Position numbers and translations under genes: made by a program. Shown piece by piece: positions 63,689 through 64,000 of a stretch of 64,000 nt of DNA (position 1 is the first letter of the stretch; each line of letters begins with the position of its first letter). The stretch is from an uncultured bacterium. Lineage in GTDB: Bacteria; CAZDME01; JAYEMH01. The notes beneath the pieces were generated by a model. It saw nothing but the letters and a program-made list of their open reading frames with translations. It did no database searches and was not told where the DNA came from. Location: positions 25,637-89,636 of the forward strand of contig CAZDKO010000001.1 in the NCBI GenBank assembly GCA_964506075.1. Direction: 5' to 3'.

Positions 63689-64000
63689 ATGGATTACTTT
63701 AATTACAAAAATGACAGGTTGTACGCCGAAGATGTAGATATAGAGATGTTGGCTAAAAAATTCGGTACGCCTCTTTATGTTTACAGTAAACGGACTATTC
63801 TGGAACATTTCCACAAACTTTCTAAAGCTCTATCGCCGATAAACCCGTTAATCTGTTATTCCGTTAAAGCGAACGGGAATCTTAGTATAGGAAGGATTCT
63901 GGTTAAAGCGGGGGCGGGATTAGATATTGTTTCGGGGGGCGAGTTATTTAGAGCGATAAAGATGGGTTGCCCACCTGAAAAAATAGTTTACGCGGGCGTG
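63689..64000 (+). CDS. lysA: PLP-dependent Orn/DAP/Arg decarboxylase fold, diaminopimelate decarboxylase-like (5' partial, runs off the window)
   Basis: ..FGTPLYVYSKRTILEHF..ICYSVKANGNLSIGRIL (the YxVKAN PLP-Lys motif) is typical of LysA and related decarboxylases. Confidence 0.55.
   Translation, partial: MDYFNYKNDRLYAEDVDIEMLAKKFGTPLYVYSKRTILEHFHKLSKALSPINPLICYSVKANGNLSIGRILVKAGAGLDIVSGGELFRAIKMGCPPEKIVYAGV

Overview
This 64 kb window looks like a contig from a low-GC, probably uncultivated bacterium. Coding regions are moderate in GC and intergenic regions are extremely AT-rich. No rRNA, CRISPR array, transposase or integrase was recognised.

Gene content on the + strand, 1-20.9 kb:
- a pseudopilin pair (a GspJ-like pseudopilin and a 1154-aa GspK/PilX-like giant)
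- a secreted glycoside-hydrolase-like protein
- a type IV pilus assembly module: a PilM-PilN fusion, PilO-like and PilP-like genes, and a PilQ secretin with AMIN and TPR domains
- DNA polymerase I split across two reading frames near 12.83-12.86 kb
- coaE, rho, mgtE and apbE
- a roughly 730-bp island of three tiny basic or hydrophobic ORFs, with a promoter, ribosome-binding sites and a terminator
- speH
- tRNA-Val(CAC) with a near-consensus promoter

On the - strand, 21.1-40.0 kb, there is a co-directional block of 15 genes that reads as a glycoconjugate or lipid-linked-sugar modification locus:
- three tandem paralogs with many transmembrane helices and a C-terminal TPR array (TMTC/PMT-like architecture)
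- four radical SAM enzymes, one with a B12-binding domain and two that are paralogs
- a GT2 polyprenyl-phosphate-sugar-synthase-like glycosyltransferase and a GT9
- a thiamine-diphosphate-dependent E1 alpha/beta pair with no E2 or E3 partner
- two large GT-C-like membrane proteins
- two paralogous small membrane proteins with a winged-helix-like core

On the + strand, 40.3-64.0 kb:
- cysE and cysS
- a class I (DhnA-type) aldolase
- a four-helix-bundle protein of the 23S-rRNA-intervening-sequence family
- a zinc-dependent alcohol dehydrogenase
- a secreted fusion of a glycoside-hydrolase-like domain and a degenerate sulfatase-like domain
- a class II aldolase and an AEC-family transporter
- two PEP-CTERM proteins with beta-propeller repeats, with no exosortase recognised in the window
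- mfd, pdxA, argD, argF, a membrane ORF, argG, argH, and the start of a lysA-like gene

The most unusual thing seen directly in the sequence is that many intergenic regions are built from degenerate heptanucleotide tandem arrays (AGTAGNN, TAAGNNN, AATGACN, ACAGANN, CRGNNNN, ATTGTNN and others). These form a dispersed repeat family. Inverted copies of it flank the pilMNOPQ-polA segment. A 36-bp element recurs upstream of two distant genes with its central 6-mers swapped.
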